Below, piece by piece: positions 60,790-64,000 of a stretch of 64,000 bases of DNA. A program made the translations under genes and the position numbers. The DNA lies in assembly GCA_001643675.2 (NCBI GenBank), contig LSRY02000038.1:248001-312000 (forward strand), read 5' to 3'. Position 1 is the first letter of the stretch, and each line of letters opens with the position of its first letter. The notes under the pieces are model-generated. The model made no database searches. It saw only the letters and a list, made by a program, of their open reading frames with translations, and had not been told where the DNA came from. Source of the DNA: Monocercomonoides exilis PA203. Lineage: Eukaryota; Protista; Preaxostyla.

Positions 60790-62748
60790 TCAAACATTTA
60801 CAAAATATTCAGAAATATCCAATGATATTTCAGAAAAATCAAGTTTTTTGTTCAGAAAATCAAAAATTTCATGAAAGCTTGTGATGATATCTTCGTATCC
60901 TTCTTCTTCCATTTTTTCAAACATCTTTATTTTCATCATCGATCTTTTCGCTTCTTCTATTTCATCCTTCTCTTCATCCTTCTCTTCATCCTTCTCTTCA
61001 TCCTTCTCTTCATCCTTCTCTTCATCCTTCTCTTCATCCTTCTCTTCATCCTTCTCTTCATCCTTCTCTTCATCCTTCTCTTCATCCTTCTCTTCATCCT
61101 TCTCTTCATCCTTCTCTTCATCCTTCTCTTCATCCTTCTCTTCATCCTTCTCTTCATCCTTCTCTTCATCCTTCTCTTCATCCTTCTCTTCATCCTTCTC
61201 TTCATCCTTCTCTTCATCCTTCTCTTCATCCTTCTCTTCATCCTTCTCTTCATCCTTCTCTTCATCCTTCTCTTCATCCTTCTCTTCATCCTTATCTTCA
61301 TCCTTATCTTCATCATCATATTCTTCTTCCTCTTCACCTTCTTCATCTTCATTTCTTTCAACCTTTTCTTCTGATTCTTCCCTATCATCATCGTCGTCGT
61401 CGTCATCATCATCATCATCATCTTCTTCTTCTTCTTCTTCTTCTTCTTCTTCTTCTTCTTCTTCTTCTTCTTCTTCTTCTTCTTCTTCTTCTTCTTCTTT
61501 TCTCATTTCATTTTTCCTTTTTTTATTAAATTCCCTTGAAACATTCATAAAAAATGCCAAGCTGTCAAAGGCAATATCGTCCATCAACGTTGGACTCTGA
61601 ATTCCCTCCAAGATGACATCAGTGACATCACTCTCCAACAAGTCTTCAATTTCCACGGCTTTGCAACTCGTTGCTCCTCCAAATAAAAAAATGCAAAAGT
61701 TGCATATTTCAATTTGATAAGCCTTTGAGGCTTGAAAAATCTGAACAACGAGGTTAATAAGGCCAACTTGTTCTTTATCCTGCAACTCACAGAATCCAAA
61801 GTAAAATTTCAGCGTTGAGAGCCATCTCAACATATGAATCATTTCTTTCGTTACTTTTTCATTCTCTTCTTTGTTTCTCTTCCAATCAATGGATTTCGTC
61901 AGCTCTTCCAGTTCTCTTATTGCTTCTCTGACAAAATGCAGTTCGATCACCATAACTTCTTCCAAAAATCGATCGTTTTGCAATTGGCCTGCGAAAAACT
62001 GCCAAGCAGACTGATAGGCAAGTCGTGTCAAGTTGCAATGCTCTTGATGATATTTGATTATTTCTCTGATGTCATTTAAAAACAGTTCTTGTTCAACATC
62101 CTATTGATAAAAAATGATAAAAATTAATAAGATAAAAATGAAATAGAAATATTCAAACTTCTATTGGATCAATGCAACTCAATGCCAACAAAGCCATTTC
62201 CGTTTCTTTTTGAGTCTCCTCGCTTTCCTCTTTCTTCAACGCAACTTTCAGAAGACAAGGCACATAAATAGGACGCAATTCTGGTGAAGCATTGTTGCTC
62301 AGCATAAGATAGCATTCGCAAAGGTCAACAAGAAGCTTTTCATTTTTCAATTCTTTCTTCTTCTCTTCTTCAGCAATCATCTTTTCAATTCTTTTGATAA
62401 GTTTTGAATCATCAAAATTGTTACTCCACATCTTAATCAGTCCTTTTAAATATCCTATGTATTTCAGCAACAAAATAGCATTTGCCAAAGTCAATTTCTT
62501 TTCTTCAATCATTTTGTCCATTTTAACGAACAGTTCTTCTGTGAAAACAGTTCTGAATTCTCTTCCATTCATATCATCTTCTAGGCTAATCATTTCAAGG
62601 ATTTTCTGTTTCTGTGCATCCTTACTGCAATGTTCAAGCTCAGAAAACAATTCTGAAATAAAAAAAGAAAGAAAATCGAATCATCTGGACTTCTGTGAAA
62701 CAATGAATGCAAACCATTGAATTTTTCAGTGTTTTCCTTCCCCAGCAT
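60790..62748 (-). CDS. Orphan helical family protein, copy 7 (3 exons) with an acidic repeat expansion
   Basis: [11 protein letters not shown] then a GTTTGC intron; family motifs; in-frame E/D and (DEEK)n insert before KMEEEGYED. The start could be at 62790. Confidence 0.82.
60962..61315 (-). repeat. 12-bp coding tandem repeat (TTCATCCTTCTC)n encoding DEEK
   Basis: About 27 perfect units plus two variant units. Confidence 0.95.
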
Positions 62749-63014
62749 CTTTGAAAACAGATAACATTCGGAAAACAACAAATTTTCCATAATTCAAATT
62801 AAATTCGAATACGTTTGGATAAAAGAAATTGATGAATAGGTTAAACTTAAAAAGGCTTTAAAAAATATGTGTTCATACCGTACATTTTTGCATTTGTGTT
62901 TTTAACAAATCAGATTCAAGAAAACCAACGTTTAATTTTTTGTCTTTATTTGTAATGGATTCCATGATCATCAGAAATGAAAAACGGAATATTCCATTCA
63001 CAGAATGAGAAATC

Positions 63015-64000
63015 CGTGAATGAACATTACCTGTAGAACTCGAAATATTATTTCCTGTGTGACAACAAAAATTGGTGAGATGCAATATTTTTGGAATTCT
63101 GCCTGATGACTTTTGTCAATTGGATGGCCAAAAGGAATGCAACAATTTCATCAATTGCACAAAAGATGTAATGTATGTAATTTATATTTTTCTGTTTGTT
63201 GTGAAGATATTATCATCTGTAACCTTTCCAAAGTGCAGGAATCCGAATGATTGTTGAAATGGCCAATCCCCGCTTTGGAGAGCAATACGATGAGAACGGA
63301 GCAGATTATTATATAGACATTGGGAAATAAATGAAGTTACACAAGATGCATGATTTTTATTTGGCCCAAGAGGTGAAAACAAATTCAACTGATGTTTTAT
63401 TGAATGAAGATGAAAAGAAGGAATTCTGTGAAGGACAAAATCTGCACAAAATTTTATAGCATTTTGGAATGTTAGGCAGGGAGAGCAGTTTGTGGTTTTT
63501 TTTTTGGCAAGGAAAGTGGCTGGCAATATCGAGGGAAGGATATTAATCACAATAAAAAAGGCAATAATTCAATGGAAAAAAGAACACCAAAATATCCGTT
63601 TGATTTATAAGGTTTTCCTGCTTCTCGGACTGTGCCAGGCAGACATGGAAGGCTGCGAATTTCTATTTCTGATTCCGCTTTTGCTTCAAAAGAGTGGAAA
63701 AGCGCTAAGGACGAATCATCCAATTGTCGAATATTAGCTTGCAGTCGAACAACATTCAGGCCAATCGCCTTTGAATTTCATTCTTCGAAGGGACAGCTAT
63801 TTTGAGCAAGCAAGGCAATTATCATTTGAAGTTTGCTTTCTTTGATGCCACAGCCGATGAAAGAGAATTCGATGGTTTTTGTTTTCATCATGTGTTTTTC
63901 AACAAAATTGTTGTTGCATTCAGTTTCTATGTCGGTGCATGGTCCATTATATTTTGTGCCTTGGTTATCGATGAATGAATGCCAACTTTTTCAATCATTC
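63015..64000 (+). pseudogene. Decayed unknown gene (module K-M), divergent from family copy 7; runs off the window
   Basis: Homologous to 32610-33013 and to the reverse complement of 7990-9950. Confidence 0.6.

Overview
AT-rich, intron-containing eukaryotic DNA. The style (short GT-AG introns, poly-Glu/poly-Ser inserts, giant beta-helix receptor pseudokinase, expanded '[10 protein letters not shown]...KMEEEGYED' family) resembles an oxymonad such as Monocercomonoides; this is inference, not a database result. Contents: (1) a nested transposon cluster at 733-4594, where a long-TIR TA-flanked element holds a decayed pogo/DDE_1 transposon that itself holds a ~280-bp insert; (2) a second ~1-kb long-TIR TA-flanked element at 8294-9293; (3) seven copies of a 3-exon orphan gene family, five apparently intact and two pseudogenes, embedded in repeated cassettes; (4) a 4-exon PP2A B'' regulatory subunit gene plus two duplicated fragments; (5) two head-to-head DIRS-type tyrosine-recombinase (YR) elements (24856-29970 minus, 33014-38132 plus); (6) a 2730-aa single-exon receptor-like pseudokinase. 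The most notable system is the DIRS pair. Both keep the full ITR/ICR architecture with copy-specific co-varying ends and the YR catalytic domain, have lost the RT core and a readable gag, and carry a conserved, apparently highly structured ~600-nt non-coding segment between ICR and right ITR. All alignments were made by eye, so coordinates of diffuse boundaries are approximate.
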